A stretch of 64,000 nucleotides of DNA from Octopus sinensis (Eukaryota). Below are positions 1 to 15,279 of this stretch, one piece after another. The notes under the pieces are model-generated. The model worked only from the letters and a program-made list of their open reading frames with translations. It made no database searches and was not told where the DNA came from. Within the stretch, counting starts at the first letter, position 1, and every line of letters begins with the position of its first letter. The position numbers and the translations under genes are program-made. Location: NCBI RefSeq assembly GCF_006345805.1, contig NC_043000.1, forward strand, positions 95,976,001 to 96,040,000, in the 5' to 3' direction.

Positions 1-535
1 GAGGGGGGAAAAGACATCTAATGATTTGCAAACTATATCAAATGATGAACAAACATTGATAAATACCATTTGATGCATTTGTTGTAACATATTGCATTAG
101 AATCTTCAATATTTGATTTGATAACTATCTCGCATGTTTAATATGTGCAAATAATAAATTTAAGCTTGCTCCACAGATAACCAAAAGGAGCTGTTCTACA
201 CAAAATAAAACATTCTGTTAAACCCACTAAAACTAAATCAAGTTGCTTTATGAGATAACCAAATAACCAAATCAAGTTTTAATAAACTAGCAAAACATCA
301 TTCCAAATATGGAAACAACTAATGAATAATTTCCTTTCAAACAAATTTTAGTTTCATTTTTGTAGTTGGTTTGCAAGATCCTTTATGTGAATTCGTATAT
401 TGAAGCATATTTTATTGTGTCTGGGGAGAGTCATTCTCTTTTAGTGCCTTATTAATTTAACACACTCACTGATTTCCACTCATTTACCTACTTATTTTTA
501 CTAAAATTCACATTGTCTTGCAACCTTTTTAATAG

Positions 536-1050
536 TCATTGACTCCCTCTGTTATCAAAACTGTGTTTTTTTGTTTGTTTGTTTGTTTGTGTGCATACAC
601 GTATGTTTTTATGTGTGTGTACCTCAGTCTCCTTGTGTGTGCATGTTTGAGTGTCTGTGTATGGGTTTGTGTGACTATGTATGGATGTGTGTGTCAATAT
701 GCATCCTTGTGTGAAGTGTGCATGTGTATATATGGTCACAGTCTTTGTCTGAATATATGTATGCATGTATACATATGTATAAACATATGTATGTATATAT
801 GTAGAGAGAGATATATGTGTATAGAAGTATATATATAGAGATTTATATGTATATATGTACATATAGATTTATATGTATATATATATATATTTATATATGT
901 ATAGATATATATGCATATGTCTCTGTGTGTGTATATATATATATACACTTTCTTGGAAAAGAATGCGTGGGATTTGATCATATAATATATAAATATATGT
1001 ATATATACATACATATATGTACATACCTACATATATATATATACATGCAT
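536..1050. repeat. Complex (TG)/(TA)/(CA) microsatellite field
   Basis: Direct reading; source of the Y/I/C/V/M-rich spurious ORFs. Confidence 0.95.
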
Positions 1051-1674
1051 ACAGGACATGAAAAAAATCTTGAACATAATGAGAAATGAAAGCATAAAAA
1101 CAAAAACATAGAAACAATCTTTTTTTCAAACAACAAAAAAAACAAACAGAGAAACGAGACATACAGCAAAAAGAATATTCTCCTTCTTCAGTTGTTCCTG
1201 TTTCAGCTACTCCACGTTTTGAAGGCAAGGACAAGACGTGACTTCGTTGAAACAGTCCTTCCCGCAAAGCAAATTAAATAAAATTTGGGATTTTTTGCGG
1301 AGGGTGAAAGTTGTAACAAGAACAGGACAGTGAGAACAAAACAGTAAAAACAAACAGTGAGGGCTCAAATTGAGTCAGGCTTTGATGCTTCAATGACTAG
1401 GAAGTAGGTTATAGCATTATTATTTTAATGTCCAATCTATGCTAAGCATAGCCTAGATGTGGTTTATTGAGGTCGATGTTCCACAACTAGATGCCTTTCC
1501 AGTTGCCAACCCTCACCTGTTTCCTAGTGAGGTAATATTTCCCTGTGGCCAAACGTGATTTTGCAGAATATTGGAAATGAATGACACTGCTTGTATGACA
1601 GTAAAACTTGTTTACAACCAGTATGGAATGTGAAGACAAAGAAACACAAACATACACTCATATTCACAGATATC

Positions 1675-2340
1675 ATCATCATCTTTTAATGTTTGTTCTC
1701 CATGCTGACTTAGGTTGGCCAATGTGACAGGAGTTGGCTGGCTGAAGAGCTACTTGGGCTCTATTTGTCTGTTTTGGCATGGTTTCTATATCTGAATGTC
1801 CCTCTTAATGCCAACCACTTTATAGAGTGAACTGGGTAGATTTACATGGCACCAGCATTGGTGCTTTTATGTAGCACTGGCACAAGTACTTTTGTGTGGC
1901 TTCAGCCCCCACAGGCCCACAAGACTACGATCTCTTGGCTGAGACAGGAATGTAGGGGACATATCTGTATGCATGGACAACCACAATTTTACTTAGCTCA
2001 GCATGTCTTTTCAAGCACAATAAGCCACCAGAAGTTTCAGTCCCTTGTCATCTTCTCTGTGAAGCCCAATATCTGAAAATCCTTTCTCACCACTCCCTCC
2101 TATGTTTCTCTGGGTCTACCCCTTTCACATGTTCTCTCCACAATTAGAGATCAGCACTTCTTACTACAGATGTCCTCTCTCTTGCACATTACATCTGATG
2201 CTTTTTCCTGACACAAAACCAAACTATATCTCATCTAGGCTAACTCTCTTTCTGATTAATTGAGCTATGATCCTTTCTGTAACTTTCATCAACTGGTCCA
2301 GCAATATGATCCCTCTGTAATTATTTCTGTAGCAGTTGAC
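1675..2340 (-). mobile_element. Old RTE LINE 3' fragment (end of ORF plus 3' UTR)
   Basis: The reverse strand gives GRPRET..GVVRKDFQILGFTEKMTRD, homologous to the C-terminus at 47616-47750, followed by the shared 3' UTR box and a gat tail. Confidence 0.7.
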
Positions 2341-4117
2341 TATAATGCTGCTACACCAGTCATTGGGTATGATTCCTTTGTGGACAACCTAATTAATTAT
2401 ACAGGTGACTAGGCCATATCTCACTCTGCCAGATATTTTAAGCATCTCAGCAGTGATTCCTGATGAGCTACATACAAGGCTTCGGTTAACCTTAGTAGAA
2501 AACACTAATTCTAAGATGTCATCCTGTGGGATTGAACCCAAAACCAAGTGGTTGGGAAGCAAACTTCTTAACATAGCCATGCTTGTGCCTTTATAAACAT
2601 CAAAAATTTACAATATTTGAGAAATAATTAAAATCATAATTAATAAACATTTTTTTTTTCAAAGGCAGTAGACTAATTTTTACAATTCACATGGAAGTAT
2701 GTGACAAAATCAAAGCAGAAAAAAGATATAATGGTTATTCATTGCATCCATAAGGAATCGTCACTCCTAAAAGCTTAATATCTCAAGGATTTAGAAAGGG
2801 TCCATTAAAATACTAGATCTGATCCTAGAAAAGGTCCACTAACACACTAATTACCAGGACTGTAATCTTAGAAACTAATGATGAATATTGTCCAGAATAA
2901 GGACAGAAAGAGTTACAAATGATTTGAGTAACATGCAAGGAAATGAGGACTAAGAATCTGCTAAATACAAGAGAAATCAAAACGGTTAGCAAAAAGCTGC
3001 AGTTGGATTACTGAAACCATTTTTTTTAGTGAAATCAGTCAATGGAACATGAAAAGAACTTTAATGTCTAGCTTGACCTACTCTATAAAATCACAGACTT
3101 GTTTTCTCATCAGTTAATTTTTGAAATTGAGAACCAATATAAAACAAGGTTTCCTTTACTTATTTTTTTATTCAAAGAACATGAATATTGCATATATAGT
3201 TATGATACTTGGTGTCAGAGAAAACTCAGGTATTTGCTAGGAGAGTTAGGGGGGGGAGTAAAAAGGTTTGCAAAATGAATAGCATATCAGTTTTTGTAAG
3301 AGGGCATTTTTTTTTTTTGTAAAAAGGATTTATATACACAGTATTAGTAGTTGAAGTTGAATATTAACTGAAAATCTTGTGGAATTAGAAAGTTAAAAAT
3401 GAAACTAAATGCAATCTTTCACCCTTCATTTCTCACATATGATGATGTGACCAACCAGACCATTAGATGTTGTTACACATTGCTGGTCACAATGCACTGC
3501 GCATAATTTTAGTTTTGTATGATGCCACCCTGCTGGCTAGGCAAGCAGACCAGCATTGTCCCCTGATCAGAAAGTGTAACTGGAACAATGTGAAATGAAG
3601 TGTTTTGCCTGAACTGGGAATTGAACCCACCATCTAGTGATTGTGAGCTTATTGCTATTGACAGACACATTACTGAACAGTACTGATGCACAATGTTTCA
3701 TTACCCACCTGGAGAAAGATGAACTTCATGACACTGACTCAACTTAGGCACACTAATATGAAATCAAAAGTACTTGCCTCTAGAACACAGTGCATTATGG
3801 AACTATTATTAAATATATATGTGCACACAAACACACAGTGATATTTCATCATGATCATCACAATATCTGTCTTTCATGTTGGCATGGGTTGGATGGTTTG
3901 ACAGGATCTAACAAATCTCAGGACTGCATCATGATCCAGTGCCTACTTTGCCATGGTTTCTACAGCTGGTTGCCCTTCTCAATGAAAACCCAGCATGCAC
4001 AACTTACTTTTATCATGGTACCATTGTCTACCCAACCCACAAAACAACAAAACTCACACCTCAATATACAAAGTAGACATATATGCAAAAAAAAAAAAAA
4101 GAAAAAAAAAATCTCAC

Positions 4118-4269
4118 CAACAAAGCTCTTTTATTGGTCTCATTCTTGCCATACTGTCTCCGTAACTGCAGGCTCATCCCCTGAAGCTCACGACCAAATT
4201 GTAGCATCTTCTCAATTGCTGCTTGACTACCACCGCACAGCTGTCGCTTCTGCGAGGGGGAATCCACTT
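4118..4269 (-). CDS. RANBP9: RanBP9/10 exon, CRA domain start ([51 protein letters not shown]), 152 nt
   Basis: Acceptor ctattctgcag, donor TTG|gtgaga; conserved QLCGG..AAIE.M..FGRELQ motif. Confidence 0.95.
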
Positions 4270-4638
4270 CTGCAGAATAGATATCTTATGCATGATAATC
4301 AGCGAAGCTTTATTCTAGAAAGTAACTAACCTACACAATGCATATAAAACTTTGTTCCATTTGTATTTTACAACAACTTTAATTAAGAAATGAGAATTCA
4401 ATGAATAATGAGAAATTTCTTTCATGATTTCATCCTTAATAGAAACAGATTGATTACTGAATCATTTTTTTTTTCAAATCATGTATACAGGCACAGGTGT
4501 GGCTGTGTGTTAAGTTTCTGTCCCAACTACATGGTTCTAGGTTTTGTCTCACTGCACAGCACGTTCCTTCTATTATAGCCTTGGACTGATCAAAACCTTT
4601 TGAGTAGATTTGGTACATGCAAAGTGAAAGAAGCCTGT

Positions 4639-4686
<48 letters not shown>

Positions 4687-4946
4687 ATCCAAATAAGACA
4701 AATACTTTACATCTTTAATGACGCCTGTCTAATTGTTAAAATCTCTCAATACAGCGCAACTCAAATGTAAAGCTCCCAGCTTAAAACTTTATTATCCCAC
4801 CTGAGGAGTCTTCTATGCACTGTGAGTTGAATCTGGGTGTTATTGCAATGTTCCACACACACAAAGGAGCAGTGCATCATGAAGATGAAATAATTGTAGT
4901 AATATAAATTTTTTTTGTTGGTACATTCCATCTTCTCTTGTTATCT

Positions 4947-5003
<57 letters not shown>

Positions 5004-5904
5004 GTGTGTGTGTGTGTGTGCTTGTGTTTCCACTCACTGCTGCTTAACTAGTGTTGGTTTGTTTACATCCCCACTACTTAGCAGTTTAGCCAAAAGGAAC
5101 CAACAAAATAAATACTGGGGTCAACTCATTCAACTAAAAACCGTTCAAGGCAGTGCCCCAGCATGGCTGTGGTCAAATGACTAAAGCAAGTAGAAGATAA
5201 GAGAAAGGTATATCTGCCATTATTTTAGTGAATTTTAGTGGATCCATGGATACCATCGATAGTATATTTGCTGAAAAGCAGCTGAAATTGGATCCTGATC
5301 TCGCTTTGTATTTGGTAGGGCATCAATCTATAAAAAACTTACTCCACCATCTCTTGCTAAATTATTAAATTTGAATGTGGTTAAGAAGCTCACTGTGCAA
5401 CCATAGGGTTTTGGGTTCAGTCCCATTGTATACCTTGAGCAAGAGTCTTTTACTACAGTCCCACGATGCCTAATGCCTTGTGAGTGAATTTGGTGGAGGG
5501 AGGATGTTTGGAAGTCCATTGTGTGTGCGTGCGTGTGTTCATGAACCTACCTCCTCACTTGACAATCAGTGTTAGCAGTTTGGTAAAAGAGACTGATACA
5601 ATAAGCACCAGACTTTAAAAAAAAAGTACTGAGGTTGATTTACTTGACTAAACCCTTCATAGCAGTGCTCCAGAATGGCCACAGTCCAGTGATTGACACA
5701 AGTAAAAAGCAATAGACATAGCAACTTGAAACCTTTCTGTCTAAAAATATTTGGTATAAGAAATAAAATTGATTTGCAAAATATAGGAAAAAGGTGTTTT
5801 TGACTACAGTAGACCCACAAAATTAAAACCTCATTACTCTCTAATCATAGTGGTGAATAAATAAATGAAAATAAAAAAATAAAAAAGAAACTGTAAGCAC
5901 TCAC

Positions 5905-6477
5905 CCATGTCTTCTGTATCATCATAATCATCACATGTATTTCCATTAGCATATGTAACTTCAGCAGTACCATTGCTCATGGTACCATTTCCTGAGGAGG
6001 AGAGCCCATCACTCATTTCAACATCTTCATTTTCAATAAGTCTTGATGGGACATTGTTATTGTTGCTTCCATTCATGGCAGCATTAGCAGCATTCATGTC
6101 TGATTCAGACAATGCTTGGGGATCGTTATTTTGGGGACAGCCAGAACTGTGCCCTTTGTTAATTAGATTTCTATTTGGGCTATTGCCAGTGGAAACAGAC
6201 TGTTGCGTCACAGACCTATGAGCTAAATAACTGTAGCCACTACCGTGATGACTAGGACTCATGCTTGGACTGGAACGGCTGCTTCCACCATGGGATTTGG
6301 GACTTCGGATTGCGGCACCTCGCACTTCACTGTCTGTGCCATTGACCATTTCGATAAACTGTCTACATTTGAGCATAAATAGTAAGTTGGCTCGTCTTTC
6401 CAACAATCCTGGGTAAAGCTGATGTGTTGTGTCGATTGCTTCACCCATACGACCAGCAAGAACCAGCTTTTGTATTT
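5905..6477 (-). CDS. RANBP9: RanBP9/10 exon, CTLH domain plus Ser/Asn-rich linker, 573 nt
   Basis: Acceptor ttcattgtag, donor ATGG|gtgagt; [14 protein letters not shown]...[18 protein letters not shown] lies within the 234-aa ORF. Confidence 0.96.
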
Positions 6478-8206
6478 CTACAATGAAGTAAAGAAAACCC
6501 ATTTTAAAATAAGGAAGACAGGAACTGATGGTAGACAATTTCTATTTATATATAAATACAAAACCAGAAAGGAGCATTTTTTTTATTATAAAAAAAAAAA
6601 GAGAAAAGAAACGAGTTAAAAATTTACATTTATTGAGTGCAATTAATATTTTCTTGGTTGGAGAAACAATTCTTCTTACTTATTGATTCACTAGTATACT
6701 TTATTTATACAGTAATCACCAATATATTGATTTTGGCTATGTAACAGCACCAATTTCTGAGAAGCAATAGTGTGTAAAGTTTAATAAAATGCCTTAAGTG
6801 ATTAAAGTGTTTGGTTGTGTTTATATAAATACAACCTTATAATCCAATTGGTTAATTCTACTTGATAAGGAAGACAGAATCCCAATCAGGAATAATTTAT
6901 CATTTGTCCCTGTGTGAGAACAGGAAAAGAGTACTCAACAATCACCTGTAAAAATCTGAGTGCAGCTTCAATTTCCAGTAGAAATATATATTAACAATAT
7001 CGTACATAGTCGTTCTTAATACGTTCTGACAGAGTCAAGCACAAATATGCTAATCACTTCTGTATTTAGTCTTCAGAGAACAACTACTTTCAGACAATAT
7101 GCGCTTGCAACACACTCAGTTTACTGAAGGAGGGGGATGTTGGGACAGTGTTTTGGCCTGGTTGTGTTTCTTTGGTCAAAGCTAGCCTCGAATCAATAAA
7201 TCTAAACAAGGGTTTTGGCTCTTGTTTATATACTGCAACAAACAAATTATTTGCTGATGCATGTAGATGCCTGCCAAACTGATAATAAATTGCTAAGTTA
7301 CACAAAGAACAGTGAAAATTAAAACAATGACGTACACATTAATTCTTAATATGTTCCAGCATCATTTTGATTTCACTGTTCTCCATACACAGGACAATTT
7401 ATTAATATATAATTAATGTTTTACAAAAATTAGGTACCTTCTCTATTTAATATCATCAACTATTTGTCCTTAAATATTTTAACTTCTTATTTTGTATTAA
7501 ATCTTTAAATCCTTAAAAATGTTTTAGCCCGAAGGCCGTGGCCATGCTGGGACACCACCGCTGAAATTATTCATTTTTCTGGCTATTTTGCCTTTTGGTT
7601 CTAGAATATGCCCTGTTCTATTTGATACAATTCTCATTTACAGAATTTGAAGCATTGAATCTGTAAATGCATTTAATTCTAGACTGATCAAAACTTTAAT
7701 AACTGCTTATCTCAAGATCTGATAAGCTGCTAGGTTTTGGTTACTTTTATATTACAAACATATTAGATCCCTGGCAACAATTACTATGTTATTGTATAAA
7801 TCCTTTTCTGGATTACGACGACTTGTGTGGACAGAGCTTAGCATATTTCAGTACTGAGTGGAAGAAAGATAAGATCCTTGCTCAGTATTACATGGAAGGA
7901 AGATAAGATCTATTGTAGGCAGCTTTTCCTGTAGGAAGAAGGGAAATCCTTTCACTACAAACCAATAAATTCTACAAGCAATGCCACAGTGAAGTCACTA
8001 ATTACACAGCAAGATGGATTTAGCCATGGACATAATGTAAATGCCAGTGAGAGAATACAAATGATCAATCAGTCATCTTGTTGTCCAACTCTCAATTGAC
8101 TCACCCATTCATATGAAATTGTGATACAAATAATCTTAAGTTTATTACATTTTATATCATTACACTATCTACATCATAACAAATACAGTGATATATCATC
8201 ATCATC

Positions 8207-8248
<42 letters not shown>

Positions 8249-8543
8249 AATCAATAAAAGTAAGAAAGGAAGGAAGAAAAAAAAAGAAATTAAAAAGAAA
8301 TGGTAGAAAATTCTTGGTTTTAAATATAAGCAGAAGCAGCTAAATCTTTACTCACAAAATGTAAGTAGATTTACTGATAGACCATATAGAAAACATTAGT
8401 AAGAATAAAGACTTACTTCACTGAATAGAAAGTGAGAGAGGGAGAGAGTAAAAGAGAGATAGAGAGAGTGGAGAAAAAGAGGGTGTGAGAGAGAATGTTT
8501 CCTTGAGGTATTTTTTCCCCTCAGCCATATTGTAACAACTTAC

Positions 8544-8656
8544 TTTGTCTATTTTTTATTGAAGTGATTTCTTCTTCGAAGGACTGTCCTGCAGATCTAG
8601 CGAAAGCTTCTGCAGTGGAGCAGAAGCCATGGTGGACTAAGTAGGTCGAGACAATT
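8544..8656 (-). CDS. RANBP9: RanBP9/10 exon, LisH motif ([37 protein letters not shown]), 113 nt
   Basis: Acceptor ctttcttttttgctacag, donor CAAA|gtaagt; LisH consensus YLVHHG.C.TAEAF. Confidence 0.96.
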
Positions 8657-9518
8657 CTGTAGCAAAAAAGAAAGGGAAACTTGATTTTTTCAAAACTCTA
8701 TAAAAACTTGCACACTAAACTTTTAACTTCATTATTCTTCACACTCAAAAACTTTCAACACAACATTTTGAACAATGTCAACTATTTTAGGAAGCAGCTA
8801 TTTATTTCTATAACCTAAATCTTAAGTATAAATATTAATCCCAAATCCCGATAATAATTCTAGTATAGGCAGCAAAAGCAATACATTTTGGCAGGGTGGA
8901 TGTACAGTCAATTAAATCAACTAGTTGGTAGTTATTTTATCTGAGCTGAAAAGATAAAAGTTGTCACTGGCAAGATTTAAACCCAGAATGTAAATGGGAA
9001 GGACTAAATATTACAATGCAATTTTGTTAACACTCTACTGATTCTGCTATCCACTGCCCTATTTTATAAAGTACAATAATAACAGATGCTTCCTTAGTTT
9101 ATTTAGAAAGTACTAAGATAGAATAGTCAAATAGTTAAGATCATTTCACAACCACGAGTTCCTGGATTCAATCCCATTGCCTGGTATATTGGGTAAATGT
9201 CATTTCCTCTTGCCTTAAGTCAATGTCATACCTTGTAAGTGAAACAGGGTAAGCAGAAACTGCTTAGAAACTTGTCAGGTGAAGATTGTACCTATAATTC
9301 AAAAGGTACATCTCTGTCACAAACACAGTGTTACACTGATACTTTTGCAAAATTATCTTAAAGGTACATGTACCTGTGGCATGTTTAATGACTTAAATGC
9401 TAATTCAAATGCAGGAAATGCAGTTCATCAAACAACTGAATCCTCATTGTCTAACAAAGGAGATCCATTACTACTAACATGTGGAGAAAATGGCCAAGTC
9501 TACTGTAGGTACCACCAC

Positions 9519-9552
<34 letters not shown>

Positions 9553-12294
9553 TCCCTGATCTTTGATGCCCATAGAGTTGAATGATCTACCCTGAAATAC
9601 ATCAAAACCACATGCAGTGAATATAAACTCACAAACTATAGGCTGATAGTTTAATATATTCATCCATTTTGGCATTGTAATAATAGTGATAATTAATTAT
9701 ACTTATGAAGGCAAGAAAATAAATTTAAAATCTTCATAATAAATAGGCATTAGCACTTTGTTTGCATATACATTGTTATAAACATCATTATTTTAATCTA
9801 ATGTTGTTTCAAGTGTGTATAATTGACTAATTTTAGCCTGACCACCTTTCATACTATTTTGGAGCCCATACATAGAGGATTTTAAAATTTCATACAAACC
9901 AGTGAATGCTTTTATTTACTGATTTCTGTACCAGAACAAATATCTTTTAGTTTAACTCAGAATGTTCAGGTATGCTCATCACCGAGGAGAGCATATAAAA
10001 TCAAAACACCAGTGTCTAACCATCTGCCACTGAAGTTCTGAGTGAACCCTGAGATTTTTTTTAACACACAAGTCTCTTTGAGATGTTTCTCTGAGACAAA
10101 CTATTGCAGTTAGTGCCTTTCTATGTTTGTACATATATTACAAATGTTATATGAATTATTATATTTTCAACAGGATACAAACCTTTAATTCAGAAGATCA
10201 GAATATGCTACCTCACACAAGATGTTACTGCACTTAACCACAATAGTAATAAATTACTAAAATAACACACATGAGATTTATAGAGGAGAATAGAAAGTTG
10301 TGATGTTTAGGTTTACCCAAGGTTGCAATACAAGGAAAAATAGTTTTAATTGTGAATCAGAAACCTGTTTGTATTGTCTGTCACTAGGAGCAGTAGAACT
10401 AATACTAACATAGCAATAATGGTATCAGTAATAGTAGTTTCAAATTTTGGTACAATGCCAGAAATTTTAGAGGCAGTGGATTAATTAATTACAGTAACTT
10501 CAGTACTTGACTGGTACTTCTATTTTATTGACCCTGATAGGATGAAAAGCAAAGTTGGCTTCAGCAGGATTTGAACTCAGAAGATAAAGAGTTGGAAGAA
10601 ATGGCACTAAACATTTCATCTGATATGCTACTGATCCTGCCAGCTTGCTATCTTAGTGTCAGTGATGATAATACTTTTATCTAATAATGATTTGTAACTT
10701 AGGCAGGACTCACATTTTGGATTGGAATATAATTGACTAGTACTTAACTGATACTTTTGATTTGGCACCGTCATTTTTTGCCAACCTTTGCTCTTAAAAA
10801 TAATATCAATGATAAAACAAATTATAAAGTTAAGTTTGTGGTTAAATCCTCTATGTATGGGCTCTGAAATAGTGCGCTTAGAAAGCTCGCATGCAAACTC
10901 ACACACACACATGTATATAGGTTAAAAGAACATATATGCAATGTAAAGACAACTGACATAAATAATGAACATACAGACACTGCCAATATAACAAAAATGT
11001 CAGCCTGCTTCAAAGGAAAAAAATTATTTCCAATAATACATATTTATTACAAAGCTGTACAAGAATATTTAGTGTGGGAAGGAGGGCAGATGCCAGGAAT
11101 ATTTCCCTATGAAAGAATAGAAAGCAAACCATTCCTTTTGTTTTTAAAGGCACATAATTGGAAGGAGATACCTCGTACAATGCAGTCTCTTAGATCTTAA
11201 AAGTAAAAAAAGCGATCTTAATGGAACCAACTAAGCTAAACTAGATTCTCTGTAAAGCTGAAACGCTTGTGATCTTAGAAACTGGTATCTAATGGATGAA
11301 CACAAAGTACACAAACCTTCAGAACTAACATAATATAACAACAAAAAAAATGAAAAAAAGCAGCACCACAAGAAAATACTTCCACTATTTGTGAGATGTA
11401 GAGAAGTTTCTCACCAAAAATAAAGCATAATTAAAAAGTATAAAATTACAAAAATAAGCTAAGCCACTTCACTCCATTGCACACACACACACACACACGC
11501 ATGCACAAAGACTTAAGTTGGTGATCTCAGCCAAAGTAGAAAGAACAAGAATTACAAAATATGAAAAAAAAGCATCAACACTAACAAAGGTTTTCTCATC
11601 CAATCTAAGGACAGAGACACAAATAAATAGAGAGGGGGGGGAGGCAAATAGATAGTGAGCAATGTGTGAGTTCAAAATATAGAATGAGAAAAAAAACTAG
11701 CACAAAAAATTATACTGTGAATGAAACAAAATAACAAGACAATACGAATCAGGAGCACAACAAAGGAAGAAAAAAAAGCCTCAACAAAATAACCTACATC
11801 ACCTAAAAGCAAAATACTGACAAGCCATAATTATTATGGGTATCCAATAAAACAGATCATCAATTATGGAACTATTATAAAAATACCACTCTAACCTGAC
11901 ATAAAAGTACAGCAGAGACGACATGAACAGAATGAACCTATGAGAGAGCCCCTAAGTGGTTGTTCAACCTGTTGGAAATAGCAATCAAATTTTCCTCAAA
12001 TCACACCCTACCATCTTAAAACTATCCCAAAAAACATATTAGATAATGTAATCTTACATACACTATCTTCTTTAATTCTTTACTTGATTTAGACATTAGA
12101 CTGCAGCCATGCAAGAACACTGCTTTGAAGGTTTTAGCCCAACAAATCAATCTGAATGCTTTATTTTTAAGTCTGATACTTATTCCAATTCCAATGGTTT
12201 CTTTTGCTGAACTGCTAAATTATGGAGATGTAAGCAAACCAATACTGGATGTCAAGCAAGGGTGAGAGGAACAAACACACACACACAAAACATA

Positions 12295-12649
12295 TCACCA
12301 TCATTTAACATCCATCTTCCATGCATGCATGATTTTTACACCTGGAGGCCCTTCTAAATGTCAACCACATTACAGCGTGGACTGGATGTTTTTAACTTGG
12401 AACCAACACTAGCAGGGTAACCAAGTAACTTGCAAGTCAAGGAATTATGAGAGAGGTGGGGCATTTGAGGAGGGGAACTTGTGTCAGAAGATGAAAGGTT
12501 ATAGTGTGACAATGAGACAGAAGCAGGTGTCTTGCCCCAACACAGGGGACATTAGAGGAGGTGATCTAGTATCAGATGATGAAAGGTTAGAGTGTAACAG
12601 AGAAACAGAGGCAGAAGTAGGTGTCTTGCTAGACAGGAGGTACATGGTA

Positions 12650-12650
<1 letters not shown>
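12295..12650 (-). mobile_element. RTE-type 3' UTR variant with an internal duplication of about 80 bp; related copy at 60430-60730
   Basis: catcatttaacatcc...catg tail and two gatgaaaggtt...gtgtcttgc units. Confidence 0.65.
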
Positions 12651-12652
<2 letters not shown>

Positions 12653-12722
<70 letters not shown>

Positions 12723-12735
12723 AGATAGAGAGTGC
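12653..12735. repeat. (GA)n microsatellite
   Basis: Direct reading. Confidence 0.95.
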
Positions 12736-15279
12736 GTAGATAAATGTGCTCCTGATTCTTATTGTCTTGTTATATTGTTTCGTCCACAGTAAACTCTTGT
12801 GCTGGTTTTTTACTCATTCTATATTTTGAACTCTGTCTCTGTCTGTCTCTCTCTCTCACACACACAATGATCTTCCATATAGTTTCTATCTACTAAATTC
12901 ATTCACAAGGCATTGATCAGCCTGGGCTATAACAGAACATACTTGCCAAAGGTGCCACGTAGTGGAACTGAACCTGAAACCTTCGGATTGCAAACTAAAC
13001 TTCTTAACTATACATGATCTGTTTCATCAAGGCTGACTTGAGGTTAAACAACTATGTGAGCAGTTTAGTACAAATGGTTAAGCAATAGAATATACACAAG
13101 AGAATATTTTCCTATTCTTTATATAAAACTATTTGGTGTGGAGAAGGGTATAAATCCTTGTAGTTATAAAAGGAGATCACAGAAAATGAATTCAGAACAC
13201 ATTGTACCTTGAGAGCATGCCCTTACATCACATCACCATCATCTTTATCTTTCCAACTACTCCTATCCACCTTCTGCTTGTTCTCCTGTCATATTTTAGC
13301 CTCTTAACACCTGGCATAAAGCCACCTTCCCCTCTCACCCCAGTTGATGAGACTTTTCCCCTTTTCTTTTCATCTTGGTGACCTCACCATTGCCAGTACC
13401 ATAAAAGCACCCAGTACACACTGAAGTGACTGGCATTACAAAGAGCATCTGGTCATAGAAACCATGCCAAAGCTGACACTTGAGCTAGTCCGATCCTGCC
13501 AAGCTGTCCAACCCTTGCCAGCATGGAAAAACAGACACTAAATAATGGTGGAAGGAAAACTGAGCTTTGTTAAGTCCTTGTAAGAAATCAAATACTGAAG
13601 CTTGAACAGTAAGAGTTAACTTTGGTTTGGGAGATCAAGGATATAAAATGTAATGTCGTTGACAGCTTGAGATAAGTGTCTTTATAACAATTTCTTGAGG
13701 ATCATTAAAAAAAAAAAAAAGGAAACTGGCAAAAACTATGGAATGTGATGTAGCTGCAATGAAACAATCAACCACACTGTCTCAGTTGGTCAAGTACTGA
13801 GGAAATTTGGGTTTATATAAAGAGGTAAAACAGGACTAGTAAATATGTGCTCAAGAAACTCTGCAAATAAGGCCAATAAAAACCAAACAATGCAAGCACA
13901 CATCACATATTAGAGTTTTGTAAGTGTCAAAACCACAGTATAAGACAAGCTACAGTACTTACTGAAAGAGAGATAAAGTAAAACCCATCAAACAAAAAAA
14001 TTTTAAAGAAGTGTTTACTTATTTTTTTGCTTGTAGACATTATCATTTTAACCAATGAAAATGTCTTGAAAAATCTATGGAAAATTTCTTATTCTACAAT
14101 ATAAAAACTTACAATTATCTAGAACCTTTTGTAGCTCAGCAACTCTGTTTACTGGATAGGGTTTTACAAATGCCACCTACCCAAATTTTGCAAATAAATA
14201 GATAAATAAATTTTTTTTAAATGTATCATCAAACACAAGCTAGTTTGGGGCAGTGATTTACTGGTTTATTTTTATTTTCTTATCTTTTATTTCTTTCAGT
14301 CATTAGATTACAGCCATGCTGGACAAATCAAACCCAGTAGTTTCCATCAGTCTCTTTTGCTGAACTGCTAAGTTACAGGGAAGTAACCAAATCAACACCA
14401 GTTGTCAAAAAGTGGATGGGCGAGGACACACATACACACAGCTTCCATCAACCAAATTCACTCAGAAGACATTGGTCTGCCTGGGACTACAATAGAAAGA
14501 CACTTGCCCAAGCAGCTGCACAGTGGGACTAAACCTGGAACTATGTGGTTGCAAAGAGAGCATCTTAACTACATAGCCATGCATGCATCTATTTATATTT
14601 TCTGATATAATCATATCCAGCTTCTGCTTCCTTTTAGATACTAACAGGGGACTAATGCCCACTATCATAAATTTGTATGAAAATTACTAAAGAAGACAAG
14701 CATTTATGTAACAAAATTATTTTGGGCCTTAGTACAGAACCAGCTATGTTTTTGATTACTGGTAGTGCAATGTCTGAGTCATATTCTAAGCTCAGCAAAG
14801 CATGGATAAGAAAGTCGCTTCACAACCATGTGGTCTTGGACTCAGTACCACTGCATGGCATCTTGGGTGTCTTCTATAACCTGGGGCCAACCAATGCCTT
14901 GCGAGTGAATTTAGTAAGCAGAAACTGAAAGAAGTCCATTTATAGCTCATTCCTGACATTTTCCACTCTCCTTTGAGCCCTCAACACATACAAGGAGCTG
15001 TTACCATCTAAGGGTTAACAACCACTTGTCTAGAATGCAGGAGTTGGTTGAAATTAAATGAAATATCACTAAAGTTAGAGAAAGAACAATTATGAATACA
15101 AATTAATGATATATTAGGATATTAACTGCACTTTGTATTCTGTGAAAAATATCAGTTAGACACAGCACATGTTCAAAAAAATAAAAACACATACATTGTA
15201 CTCAAAATGAGTTCCTCCAAAAATACTGGAGACAGTGATTTGAGTATCATCATAAAATCAAACCACTTTAATTGAAGGC

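Noticed and set aside
536-1267. Six overlapping ORFs of 63-132 aa
   Set aside because: They are translations of dinucleotide microsatellites (Y/I/C/V/M/H/T-rich), not proteins.
3790-4329. 179-aa + strand ORF
   Set aside because: It is the antisense shadow of the CRA exon plus repeat and poly(A) sequence.
4270-4332. Alternative upstream acceptor tgtgtag at 4332-4331
   Set aside because: The extension contains stop codons, and the 4270 acceptor gives the conserved frame.
5973-6221. 82-aa + strand ORF
   Set aside because: It is antisense to the 573-nt RanBP9/10 exon and has no independent signal.
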